A stretch of DNA of 64,000 bases from Octopus vulgaris (GCA_951406725.2 OX597821.1:85932001-85996000), one strand, 5' to 3'. Positions 24,905 through 37,156 are shown, numbered from the stretch's first letter. Translations and numbers: made by a program. The notes: generated by a model from the sequence alone, not told the origin.

Positions 24905-25266
24905 ATTTTACTTGTTTCAGTCATTTGACTGTGGCTATGCTGGAGCACCACCTTTAGTTGAACAAATTGATCCCAGGACTTATTCTTTGTATGCCTAGTA
25001 TTTATTCTATCGGTCTTTTTTTTGCCGAACTGGAAAGTTATGGGGACGTAAACGCACCAGTATAGGATGTTAGGTGATGGTGCGGGGACAAACAGACACA
25101 CACACACACAAACAGGCTTCCTTCAGTTTCCATCTACTAAATCCACTCACAAAGCTTTGATCAGCTTGAGGCTATAGTAGAAGACACTTGCCCAAGATGC
25201 CACACAGTAGGACTGAATCCAGAACCATGTGGTTGGTAAGCAAGCTACTTACCACACAACCACTCT
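24905..25266 (-). mobile_element. Family A SINE (diverged), with an opposed 5' fragment at 24725-24890
   Basis: Match to the family consensus. Confidence 0.75.
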
Positions 25267-25692
25267 GTTTATTTTTCTTGACATTGCAAAAAAGTTGTAA
25301 ATGCTTGTCAGTGTCATACAAGCAGTGTTGTTCATTCCTAATATTCTGTGAGAACATGACTAATGCCAACCACTTTACAGAGTGTATTGGGTGCTTTTAT
25401 GCAGCAGTGGCACAGGTGCTTTTTTCATGGCACCAACACCTATGAGCCCGCAAGATTAGGGACACTCAGCTGGAGCAGGTTGCAAGGAATGAGCCTGTAT
25501 GTACGGGCAACCACACACACACATACGCACATTTGAATCCACCCTGGTATCAGGGGAAAAGTTGATGAAATATTCATGTAGGTAGTGATGGAGAGATCAA
25601 GTTGATCAAAATATAATGTAGATGTAAATATTAAAACAAATCTCATACCAGCTGTTTAAACATTCATTTCACCTTTTAGCTTTTTCTACATA

Positions 25693-25762
<70 letters not shown>

Positions 25763-26159
25763 TGTGAGTGTGTGTGTGTATGAACTATAAATTTGTTTCC
25801 TTCCACTCCAGTGACATGTACCTGTTAAACTGAAGATCTGATTAATGGAAATGAAATAATTGTTCAATCTGAAAAACTGGTCGGAATGCCTGTCATTATA
25901 TTGTTCTTGGCTGTGTCCCAAAGGAGGAATGCGAAAAGGAAAGAGAGAAATAAAACTATGAAGTAGGAGCAGTGGGGTATTCTTTCTCTGTCTAAAGTGA
26001 CCTATACAACTATTGTTATTTGAAAATAACTATTGTTAAAATGTTACCTGTAAAGTGACAGCTGAAAACCAAGCTGACAGGCACACATTTCACCCTTTTA
26101 TTATCGAAATCATATACAAGGTGGCCCTAAAGTAGGTTTACAATTATTCAACTATCTCT

Positions 26160-26580
26160 TTTGGCCTCCGTGCCATCCGTTCGTGTCCATTGCCAGCCTC
26201 GCTTGGCCCCCGTGCCAGTTACACGTAGCACCATCCGTTCGTGGCCATTGCCAGCCTCGCCTAGCCCCCGTGCTGGTGGCACGTAAAAGCACCATCCGTT
26301 CGTGACCGTTGCCAGCCTCGCCTGGCCCCCGTGCCGGTGGCACGTAAAAGCACCATCCGTTCTTGGCCGTTTGCCAGCTCCGTCTGGCACCTGTGCGGGT
26401 GGCACGTAAAAAGCACCCACTACACTCACGGAGTGGTTGGCGTTAGGAAGGGCATCCAGCCGTAGAAACACTGCCAGATCAGACTGGGCCTGATGCAGCC
26501 TTCTGGCTTCACAGACCCCAGTTGAACCGTCCAACCCATGCTGGCATGGAAAGCGGACGCTAAATGATGATGATGATGAT
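26160..26580 (+). mobile_element. RTE-tail repeat (family B) with 4-5 tandem units of about 60 bp
   Basis: Repeated gtgccggtggcacgtaaaagcaccatccgttc; (GAT)n tail. Confidence 0.88.
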
Positions 26581-27160
26581 ATTAACAGCTTAGATCTTAA
26601 TTATAAAAAGAAATATGAAACCATTATTCTATGCTAATTTTGTTAATTGTAAGATAGAAACTTAAATGTAATAAAATGTTTTAAAAGGAATTTAAAGTGC
26701 CTGTGTGGTAACTGTAAACCTACTTTTGGGTCACCCTATATATCTACTCAAAATTTCATTACCCTTAACTGCCACTGAAATGTATCTTTTGTTGAGGAAT
26801 GTCACGTTTGAAACTACTTTCTGTTGAGACTAGTTAAATGACTTGCAGAAAATACCAGTTCTACTTTTTTTGGTAGATATTTAACATCATTACTGGAATA
26901 AGCTTGAAATGTAATTTCACAGTGAAAAGGTTAAATAAAAGTTCAAAGAATATCATACCAATATGGTACTTTTTATAAGTTTATCCTGCAACGTAACTTA
27001 TTTATGTTAATAGCATACAGCTTGTGCAAGAGTTATTTCAAGAATTTATCAGCAACTAATATTGCATCTCATATTTTAAGAAAGATTGTTAGCTAGTTGC
27101 ATTTTATATTATTTTTTTTCCCTCTCAAAAGACTGGCCTCAATACTATTTAAATGAATGA

Positions 27161-27540
27161 TAGGCGCAGGAGTGGCTGTGTGGTAAGTAGCTTGCTAACC
27201 AACCACATGGTTCCGGATTCAGTCCCACTGCGTGGCATCTTGGGCAAGTGTCTTCTGCTATAGCCCCAGGCCGACCAATGCCTTGTGAGTGGATTAGGTA
27301 GACGGAAACTGAAAGAAGCCTGTCGTATATATGTATATGTGTGTGTGTTTGTCCCCCTAGCATTGCTTGATAACCGATACTGGTGTGTTTATGTCCCCGT
27401 CACTTAGCAGTTCGGCAAAAGAGACCGATAGAATAAGTACTGGGCTTACAAAGAATAAGTCTCGGGGTCGATTTGCTCGACTAAAGGTGGTGCTCCAGCA
27501 TGGCCGCAGTCAAATGACTGAAACAAGTAAAAGTAAAGTA
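27161..27540 (+). mobile_element. Family A SINE
   Basis: Full-length match to the family. Confidence 0.88.
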
Positions 27541-28035
27541 AGTATGGCTATGTGGTTAAGGAGCTTGTTTCCAAACCAAATGGTCCGGGGTTCAGTCCCC
27601 ATGTGCAATACCAAAGGCAAATGTTTTTTGAAGCCTTGAGCTAACTAAAGCCTTGAGTGTGCATGTGGTAAATGGAAGCTCAAAAAGTGATTTGTTTATT
27701 TGTTTGTTTATGCCTCATGCATGCCTGTGTGTATATACACATGTACATTTGCATATATTAGCAATTGCTTGTAAAGTTTATGATGGGTTGTAGCGTTAGG
27801 TTTTTCGGTCAACATCATCATCAACTTGCTTCTTGCTTCTGAAGCCATGGGGAATAAAATATCCATTATTTGAAAACAAGTAGGATTAGCGATAGAAAAT
27901 TGCATCCTACTGAAAAACAATGCCTCAATAATACAATTATCTAACCCATGCTAAAAATGTTAAAATCACACAAGTATATATATATATATATATATATATA
28001 CTTTATATATATATTGACATATCGGTTCCATTCTA

Positions 28036-28087
28036 GCAAAAACTGTCCGATGAACGGCAACGGGAAACTCAGAGTAACAGGTTTTGT
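28036..28087 (+). ncRNA. Minimal type I hammerhead motif (U4C)
   Basis: GCAAAAACTGT-CCGATGA-A-CG(gcaa)CG-G-GAAA-CTCAGAG-TA-ACAGGTTTTGT; helix I about 11 bp with one mismatch, near-palindromic helix III, GUA site. Confidence 0.65.
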
Positions 28088-28183
28088 TGAATTTTCTGCT
28101 GCTTTAAATAAAGCATACTACTCTACCACTGGTATTTGAGTACTCTTTTTTCCACCTTGCTTCACATTTATGTGTTTACTCCG

Positions 28184-28215
<32 letters not shown>

Positions 28216-28299
28216 AATCCAAACGGGAAAACAAAAAAACAACAACAATGGAACAATTACAGTATTATTAATAGGCGCTCAGGAAATGGAAGCAGGGAG

Positions 28300-28334
28300 G
28301 TATGACGTTTCGAGCGGAGCTCTTCGTCGGAAAC
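28300..28334 (-). ncRNA. Minimal type I hammerhead motif (U4C, extra A)
   Basis: Reverse complement reads GTTT-CCGACGA-A-GAGC(tcc)GCTC-GAAA-C-GTC-ATAC; weak helix I. Confidence 0.55.
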
Positions 28335-28421
28335 ATAAAGAAGGAAGAGAGAGGAAAGAAAGATCCCAAAGCGGGCAACAGGGATAGAGAAAAAAACGAC
28401 TGGTGTTTACGAGTTACACAT

Positions 28422-28488
<67 letters not shown>

Positions 28489-28963
28489 CTACCTCTGTGC
28501 CAGGACAGAATAATTAAACAAATGTTAAATATATGTTTCTCACTTTGGTATGTGACTATAAATTTCAAAGGCAAGATGTAGTTAATTTAAAATGTTATAC
28601 TAATACTTGGAATTATCTGATACATTTATCAACTTGAAAGAGTGACAGACAACAAAGCCTTTGGCAGAGTTTGGATGTCAAAATATCGAGTCAGGTGACT
28701 AAAGACTAAGAGGTGTTTCTTTGACGCTCTTTTGGTTACTTCACCAATCTAATGATGATGATGAAGAATAACATTTCCAAAAGTGAGGGGTGTAAAAGAG
28801 ACTGAGATTCTGCTACATGCTCAAGTAACATTTGCTCATTCTGAGATTAATAAATGATAGATGCACTTTGTATCTTCACAGTTATATACACATTTGACAC
28901 AGCTTACAGAGAAGCTTCTGGATAGTTGCTTAACATGTTGCTTGAATTTAGTTGCCAAACCTA

Positions 28964-29172
28964 CCTTTCGTTACTAAACCGGCCGGCTCTTTAGTATAAA
29001 TGTCTTGTTTTCATAAGTTTTGAATTAGAATCTTCCACCAAACCTTAGTCACAATTTATGTTCCTAACACTAGCTCAATGATAACGATGTTATTTTACTA
29101 AATTCTTTGTTATATTTAAAATTAATTGGAAGAAACACAGAACATCTCAAAATAAATACAGTAACGAAAGGG
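28964..29172 (+). mobile_element. piggyBac-type MITE
   Basis: Family match; right end GTAACGAAAGGG|TTAA. Confidence 0.8.
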
Positions 29173-29282
29173 TTAAATACCCTACTTGTATTTAAATGGG
29201 GTCATACATTTAAAATCCTAAATCTCAGAGCTGCATTAATGCATCTTAACAAGATTAATGACAAGATTATGATAACTGGAAA

Positions 29283-29439
29283 GGTGATCAGATGTTCAAG
29301 TTTGGTTTTAAATTACATCTCAGTTATATTATAATTGTACAGATCAAGTTCCATCAAGTACTGTACATGTGCACTTGAGATGTACAAGTGTAAAATAACT
29401 GAGGTGTAATTTAAAGCCAAACATGAACATCTGATCACC
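29283..29439. repeat. Fold-back with arms of 45 bp or more
   Basis: ggtgatcagatgttcaagtttggttttaaattacatctcagttat / ataactgaggtgtaatttaaagccaaacatgaacatctgatcacc. Confidence 0.85.
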
Positions 29440-29582
29440 ATTTTAAAGCAACTTCACATATAAGACCGACGGCTATGCTTTGAGACATTTAAAAAGCAAT
29501 AGTGCATCTTATATGCCATCAGAAATGGTAACCAGATGGTTATGGCATCAATAATAGAGAGCAGAGTTAGCTGAAGCTTACC

Positions 29583-29988
29583 AGAGTGACTGTGTGGTAA
29601 ATAGCTTGCTAACCAACCACATGGTTCTGGGTTCAGTCCCACTGCGTGGCACCTTGGGCAAGTGTCTTCTACTATAGCCTCAGGCCGACCAAAGCCTTGT
29701 GAGTGGATTTGGTAGACGGAAACTGAAAAGAAGCCCGTCGTATATATGTATATATATATATATGCATGTGTGTGGTTGTGTGTCTGTGTTTGTCCCCCTA
29801 GCATTGCTTGACAACCAATGCTGGTGTGTTTATGTCCCCATTACTTAGCGGTTCAGCAAAAGAGACCGATAGAATAAGTACTGGGCTTACAAAAGAATAA
29901 GTCCCGGGGTCGATTTGCTCGATTAAAGGTGGTGCTCCAGCATGGCCGCAGTCAAATGACTGAAACAAGTAAAAGAGTAAAGAGTAAA
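29583..29988 (+). mobile_element. Family A SINE
   Basis: Near full-length match. Confidence 0.85.
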
Positions 29989-30692
29989 GATCAAATCTGT
30001 TTGTGTTCATTTATAGTAACATACATACAATTAGATATTTTGGTGTAAACATCTGAAACCAGCAATAAACCTCACTGCCATGTACAAATGGGGAAATAGT
30101 TAGAGGTTACATATACTGCAGTATGCAGTACTCATGCGCCATTTCAAGGAGTGTCCTCTCCCACCACTTTTATTCAAGCTAACATAGGCCATTACTAATC
30201 TTCCTATTTTGGTGACCGTCTTCATACAATACAGTGCTTGTGCCACGTTATACTATTAAAGGAAAGGCATGATAAAAAAAAAAAAAATCAAAACAGAATC
30301 TGTATTTATAGGAAAACAAAAGTGAAAACAAAACACTGGTAATGTAATGAGCAAAAACACAAAAGAATAATTGAATAACAGAAGTGGACGGGTTATTCAA
30401 GTGTAAGGTGGTTGAGGTAACTTAATTATAACTAATAGCTCACCGCATTGAAAATCAGAATGCTAACTTCCAATAAGTAATTTCCATGAGAAACTTGTTC
30501 GCATTATATTGATTTCAAGTGAAGAGAAGAAACAGTGTTTACTGTGAAGAAGAAGAAGTGAAGATAAAGTTGACTATTGTCTATTCACTTCCTGATGGAA
30601 GCCAGTTTCACAACTGCTAGATGGGCAGAGCATCAAGCAAAATGCCTGGCAACAAATAGCTGCAAGGTATTTTCTTTATATTCTAAGTTTAA

Positions 30693-30911
30693 CCCTTTCG
30701 TTACCAACCCGGCCAAAACCGGCTCTGGCTCTGTAGTATTAACGTCTTGTTTTCATAAGTTTTTCATTAAAATCTTCCACCAAACCTTAGTTGCAGTTTA
30801 TGTTCCCAACACTAGCTTAATGATAAGTAAGTTATTTTACTAAATTCTTTATCATATTTAAAATAATTGAAAGAAACACAGCATCTCAAAATAAATACAT
30901 TAACGAAAGGG
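30693..30911 (+). mobile_element. piggyBac-type MITE
   Basis: TTAA|CCCTTTCGTTA ... TAACGAAAGGG|TTAA. Confidence 0.88.
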
Positions 30912-33308
30912 TTAATTTCTGCCAAAACTGACTGTGTTTCAACCTTCCAGGATTAATAAAACAATATACAAGAACTGGGGGTCAATATAATCAATTGCAA
31001 TCACACCCCTTCTCCCATATGTGTGACCATGTACCTATGTAAAAAGCCATTATTACAGATAAGGTATGAAGTTTACAGTTCTTTAGTGTCCATAAGAAAG
31101 AACATAACTCAAATATGCTGGACACACAATGCAAAGATCAACATCTAAAAGCTTTGTCTTTGTAATGTGTCTCTAGTCAACCTGTTTGCTCCACTCATTC
31201 CAGACAAAAATGGGTGAAGGATATTTTCAAGCAACTAAACTAGCAAGTAGGCAAAACAAACAGTCTTTTGTAAATATATTTAATGCAAATATTTACGTTT
31301 GTTGAACTGTCTAGTATATACTGACTTATATAAAAATGGACAGAAAGAAATAACATTTAAATATATAAACGTTGTTTTTTTTACTTTTTTCTGTATCACA
31401 TTTTTTATGAACAATAGTATCTTTAGTCACCAATTTTGTTTAGGTTAATCGTAGATTCACTAGATTTATTATGGTGGAAGTAATATTTCAAGCATCTGCG
31501 CAACTTGAGTGGAATGTATACTACAATTTCATTTTATTCTAAAGCACTGATTTATCATCTTTCAAGCTAATGTTTATATCTTTCAGTGAAAGACATACAC
31601 ATACATACACAGAGGGCTCCCACAGTTTCTGATAACCAAATTTCACTCACAAGGCATTAACTCAAGGCTTAAGGTAGAAGACATAGGGAATGAACTCAGA
31701 ACCACATGATGTGAAACAAATTTCTTAACCACATAGCTATCCCTGTGTCCATCTTGCTTAATCCTTTTTTATTTGAACCAGTGTGAGTCATTATCTTAAG
31801 GATGAGCACGAGTTTGCTAAAAAGACACGGTCACTGCACAAAGTATTGCTTTAAAAAGTATTTAAAGAAGTAATAACCATAAATTTCTGTCATTTTTGTG
31901 TGAGAACATGTTCCTAACTTTGTAGTGAGAACATGTTCAGTTGAATTTAGAAGTTCTGTATAATAATGACATGAAATGACAAATCAATTCCAAAGACTTG
32001 AAGTGAATACAATAAGCCAGCTGCAGAACATTGCTTGTCCAGTCTTGCTCTCAACTATCTCAATAATGGTATGATGACAATAGAGCTAAACTTCGAGATG
32101 CCTCCAGTATTAAAATAGCAGAATATTTGAAATTCAGGAAACTAAGTTCACATTGTAGCAAGATAGACTTGCAATTCCACTTTCAGAGAACAGATTCTCA
32201 AGTAGCAAAGTACCACCACCACCACCACAATAGAAGTGGAGAAAAAAAATGAGGTGAACAAAGTTTTTTTTGTTTTTACCGTTTTACTCAGGAGGAAAGG
32301 TAGGGTCCATGATTCTTTCTTTACAGGGCTTCCAAGATTAGAGGGAAGGAAAGAGAAAGGAATTCTTGAACCAAAGACTTGGCCTGAATGTTTGCAACTG
32401 AAAGGGGTCCACTAAAGCAATGAAGTGCTTGGTATTGATGTTAAAACTAGGTAACAGGTTAACGAAGGTTCTATTACTAATCAACAAAGACTGACCTCAC
32501 ATCAAGGTACAATGACTAGTTCTAACAGCAGTAAGGTAATACATCCAGTACTGCATACCTGATTAACTCAGGTAAGTACAGTAAAAGGAAAGCTATAACA
32601 AAAAAAAACCTCTAAAATGGCATCAATGAACAGAAATTATTAAATAATAATAAAAAAAAAACAATTCAGCACAATAGCGAACATATCTTGAAATTACAAG
32701 TCAAAGGGTTTCGATGTGGTCTTTTGAAAAATAGTAGCCAAATACTTCTCAAAAATCACACCCGGCCATCTTATAAAGAAACTATACATTGGATAGTGTA
32801 AATAATAAAAGTTGTGCTCTGAAAATGTTATTTCCTTGTTTCATACATTTGTCCTCTTTCAGAGGGGAAGAAAATATACAGTTGTTTCGGTTCAAAATTA
32901 CTACTGATGAAGTGATTTAAGTTCAAGAGCAATGTGGAGCAGTTTGTGTGGGGAAATGAAAAAAAAAAATAATAATCAGTGAGTGTGCAGGAGGGCTTGG
33001 TCGAAATAGGTGATGAGGGTGGTGACAAAATGAAGACTAACTAGGTCAAGTAAGGTGAGGAAAGTGGAAATGCAATGCAATTCTGAAAGGACACTAATAA
33101 TAATACAGATTCAATAATGTAGTCCAGGTTTGATTATAGATAAATTGTACTTAGAAAAATACAAACAAGATAATTATGGCTAAAATGTCTTTGATTACAG
33201 CTCAGCTAAACTAAGTCCAACTCGGGGTTAAATAACAAACAACAAGTCTTAAAATTAAGATCACTAATGTTACTGAAAGCAAATAAAATTTTATATCAAA
33301 TATATACA

Positions 33309-33438
33309 TTATTCTTAAACAAGAATGTTGTTGACAATGGCTTCAAAATTTTGGCCTGCTAAGTCATCAGACTACAATCAGACAATGGCTTAGCTGGCCA
33401 TCAAAGTCACTGTCAACAACATTCTTGTTTGAGAATAA
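33309..33438. repeat. 130 bp hairpin/fold-back
   Basis: ttattcttaaacaagaatgttgttgaca / tgtcaacaacattcttgtttgagaataa, plus inner stem tggcctgctaagtcat / atggcttagctggcca. Confidence 0.85.
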
Positions 33439-33514
33439 AAGATTTGTAATTAACAAAAATATATAGAGTAACCCATCAGATTAGTATAAAACTGTTTTTA
33501 TTATAAATGAACAT

Positions 33515-33636
33515 AAAACACACACATATGTGTATGTATATATATATATATATATACATATATATACATACATACATATATATACATACATACATACATA
33601 CATACACATACATATACACACACACACACACATACA

Positions 33637-33667
<31 letters not shown>

Positions 33668-33685
33668 GGAGAGAGAGAGAGAGAT
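33515..33685. repeat. Compound (TA)/(TACA)/(GA) microsatellite
   Basis: Direct reading. Confidence 0.95.
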
Positions 33686-33965
33686 ACAATGTAATATAAA
33701 AGTTTAAATTAACACCATTTTTCTTTCTGAAAATTCAACAAAAATATATTTGAATCACATACTTCACTTATTTTCTTCTGAAATACTGCTATAGTTAAGA
33801 TAAACAATAGTAAACAAGAGTTACAAAACAAAAAAATACCCAATGGAGTGTTTGAAAAACAAGTAAAAGCATACAAAATGTGCAGTTAGAAAGAAAGCAT
33901 GCTGTTAATGAGGACAAAAAAAGTGTATTGCTGAGGTGGCAGATTTGGTAAAAGACAAACTTTAC

Positions 33966-34114
33966 CTGTTTCTAATTTTTTCTGAAAGTAGTCCAAATTT
34001 TTCCGTAGTGCAAAATGCATCCAAAGCAGAGTTCCACAGGCAACAAGACAAGCTACCAAGACTAAAAAACCGGAGACAGTCAAGCATGTGGTACATACAT
34101 TCGAACGACTCCGT
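33966..34114 (-). CDS. EFCAB14: EFCAB14-like exon encoding the transmembrane segment (149 bp, phase 2 to 1)
   Basis: Acceptor ttttatttctag and donor G|GTAAAG. Translates RSRSNVCTTCLTVSGFLVLVACLVACGTLLWMHFALRKNLDYFQKKLET, closely resembling the recalled human EFCAB14 segment LCGFVILAACVVACVGLVWMQVALKEDLDALKEKF. In frame with the next exon. Confidence 0.9.
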
Positions 34115-34547
34115 CTAGAAATAAAACAGGGAGGTGGTAGTTAGTAGAATTAGAAGCACCCAACCCACGATCAATTAAGCATTATTAATAGGGGGAAAAA
34201 AAAAAAAAATTTAATTGAATAAGAGAACTTTCACAATTTCATCTTTGCCATAAAATCAAATACATATTGTTTTGATTTCCTTCTGCTTTCCCAAAGACAA
34301 AATCATTGCCATATAACAAAATAGAATTAATTTCAATTATTATCCGAGATTTTAATTTGTGGACTTCAAAGGAATAGAAGCAATGGAATAATATACTTTA
34401 ATTATCTAGTTTTGTTTCATTTCAGAATAATCTTATGTTTACAAGATGCTCTTCACATTATACACACACACACATATATATCATCATCATCATCATCATC
34501 ATCATCGTCGTTTAACGTCCGCTTTCCATGCTAGCATGGGTTATATA

Positions 34548-34848
34548 TAAAAGGATAAAGACCCCCTTTGATTATGAATGACCATGGGATTGCACCAAGA
34601 AAGTTCCTCTCCAAGGTACAAGTCTGGGCAAATTTGTTTATAGGAGACCAGCAGTCACCCATGCATAACAGCCTTCCCTCTCTATGCCACCGATGTTATC
34701 AAAGGGAAAGGCAAAAGCTGATACAGCTTGGCACCAATGACGTTGCAACTCATTTCTACAGATGAGTGAACTGGAGCAACATGAAATAAAGTGTCTTGCT
34801 CAAGAACACAACACAGAGCCTGATCCAAGAACTGAACTCACTACCTCA
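34548..34848 (-). mobile_element. tRNA-derived SINE, family E
   Basis: Reverse complement has a B-box-like gagttcagttc and gtgttcttgagcaagacactttatttcatgttgctccag; related fragment at about 6540-6700. Confidence 0.6.
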
Positions 34849-34856
34849 TTATATAT

Positions 34857-35440
34857 ATCATCATCGTTTAATGTCCGTTTTCCATGCTGGCATGAGTTGG
34901 ACAGTTTGACTGGAGACTGGCAAACCAGGAGGCTGCACCAGGCTCCAATCTGATCTGGCAAGGTTTCTACAACTGGATGTCCTTCTTAATGCCAACCACT
35001 CTGAGAGTGTAGTGGGTGCTTTTTATGTGCCACCGGCACAGAAGCCAGTCATGCAGCACTGGTATCAGTCAGGTTCAGATGGTGCTTTTTATGTTCCACT
35101 GGCACAAGAGCCAGTCATGCAGCACTGGTATCAGCCAAGTTCGGATGGTACATATTATGTGCCACTGGCACAGCCAAGTTCGGATGGTACTTTTTATGTG
35201 CCACTGGCACAGGAGCCAGTTGAAGGTGGCATCAACAACATTCAGATGGTGCTTTTTACGTGCCATCGGTATGGGGAGCCAGTCAGGCAGCACTGGCATC
35301 GACCCATGCATGGATGGTGCTTATTGCGTGCCACCATCCACAGGCACCAGTCAGACGGCACTGACATCAGCCACAACTACAATTTCCATTTTGATTTTGA
35401 CTTCATTGAGATTCTAATTGTGGTTTTGATTTTACTTGTC
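34857..35440 (-). mobile_element. RTE-tail repeat (family B) with about 6 diverged tandem units
   Basis: Repeated ggtgctttttatgtgccactggcac. Confidence 0.8.
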
Positions 35441-35961
35441 TCATTGAATCAAGTAATGGCTCTTTCTAGCAAGCTGAGGGACTGAGAAGAAATTGCCTCA
35501 CTAATTTTTATATATTTGGTGAATATAATATCCCCAAATATAAACATGTGGGCATGATATAAATCCCTTCAGAAATAAGTTGGAAATCAAAGAACATGAA
35601 CCAAAAGGAAGTTGATCCCATTTTATTTGTAATAGTTTCTTCTCACTTGTCTCAAAGTACAATAAGTAAGCCAAATGAATTTGAAGAATTTAGGATTGTA
35701 TGAAAACAATACATAAATGGTTTTCGTCAGGGAAGTCTATTTAAACTGGTGGCTTTTTTCTTGATACACATTAAATCAACATCTGCTGTGCAGCAGAGAT
35801 ACTTTTTTTCTACCAAATTTTACTATGCAGCCAGGTCGCATTACCAACCAATAGACTTTGGTTATTTATTTATTTGTCAGAAATGCCTTCCTATTTTGAA
35901 TTCCTGATTCACACTAAGGCAGCCTAACAATTTCTTTTCATTAATTTTAAATATATTTCCT

Positions 35962-36179
35962 TACTACCCACAAGGGGCTAAACACAGAGGGGACAAACAA
36001 GGACAGACAAAGAGATTAAGTCGATTACATCGATCCCAGTGTGTAACTGGTACTTAATTTATCGACCCCGAAAGGATGAAAGGCAAAGTCGACTTCGGCG
36101 GAATTTGAACCCAGAACGTAACGGCAGACGAAATACGGCTACGCATTTCGCCCGCCGTGCTAACGTTTCTGCCAGCTCG
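35962..36179 (-). mobile_element. Family C SINE, well preserved
   Basis: CpG-rich copy with intact head and central motif. Confidence 0.85.
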
Positions 36180-36819
36180 AAATAAATCACACATGTCATC
36201 TTCCTGTTCCTATTATTTAGCAGAAGAGTTTCATTTATTTTCAGGGTAGAGCAACAAAACACCACCACCACCCCCATCTGGCACCTGGAGTATCTTTAGC
36301 AAAGTCTACTCTGGCTCAAGCATTTGAGCCAGGTCTCCAGCTTGAGGCTTCCTTTGTTCCACTAATCTTGCAAAGACTGTGAAAAGTTATGGGCACTGTT
36401 TTTCCTCTTGACTAAAAGATTCAAAAGAAACATGTCCTCACAGATAATGGTGACCTGTGGAGTGAGGGGAATGAAACAACAATGTAGAATATACTTGAAC
36501 TATATTTTAACCTTCACACTATGCTTTAAATATTGTGTTGATTAAAACGGATTAAAGGAGAAAAAGATTCTTTTCATAAATGCAATACTGAAAACTGAAC
36601 TTCAAACTGGATCTGAACTGTCACCCTGTGATTTACATTAAACAATAATTGCTTTTATCCAGAAAATGAAATGAAATGTGAACTATTCTATTAAACATTC
36701 TATTGAACTATTCTATTGGACTATGTCATATGAATGATAGAAAACAGTATAGAAAAATACCTGATTATATTTGAGCCAGCATCCAGATTTTGTTTAATAA
36801 CAAACATACCTTTTTATTA

Positions 36820-37156
36820 GAGTTGTTGTATACTGTCAACTTAATGTGACAGTCCCATGAAGGGAATCACACTACTGCTATTTAGCCCTAGGAGGCAGCA
36901 ATGCTTCCTGTCGGCCTTGACACATTTCCTGTGTCCTTATGTTTACAAGGGGGAGATAAACACCTCCACCCAGCTAAGCCTGCATCCAGAGACTAGTTTC
37001 TGAGTATTTGCTCGTCATCAGTCTGGAGTAGCATGGCCTGCTAGTTGGAGATGCCTATCTAACTCTTGTAAACATATAAGAATTCTAGGGCTAAATAGCA
37101 GTAGTGTGATACCCTTCATGGGACTGTCACATTAAGTTGACAGTATACAACTACTC
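36820..37156. mobile_element. 337 bp element with 72 bp terminal inverted repeats and a central hammerhead
   Basis: Arms 36820-36891 and 37085-37156 differ at 2 positions; the interior is also self-complementary. Confidence 0.85.
36985..37027 (-). ncRNA. Type I hammerhead ribozyme motif with canonical core
   Basis: Reverse complement reads TCCAGA-CTGATGA-C-GAG(caaata)CTC-A-GAAA-CTAG-TC-TCTGGA; palindromic helix III ACTAGT, GUC site, extendable helix I. Confidence 0.8.

Noticed and set aside
25820-25885. CTGAAGA...GAAA hammerhead candidate
   Set aside because: No helix I pairing and no credible helix II.
26160-26425. CRISPR-like repeat-spacer appearance
   Set aside because: The spacers are homologous to each other, the array is part of an RTE 3' UTR, the context is eukaryotic and there are no cas genes.
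27740-27909. Minus-strand acceptor (ttgtttttcag) with a 70 aa ORF in the large intron
   Set aside because: The frame joining the TM exon stops after 14 codons, there is no clear donor and no recognisable homology.
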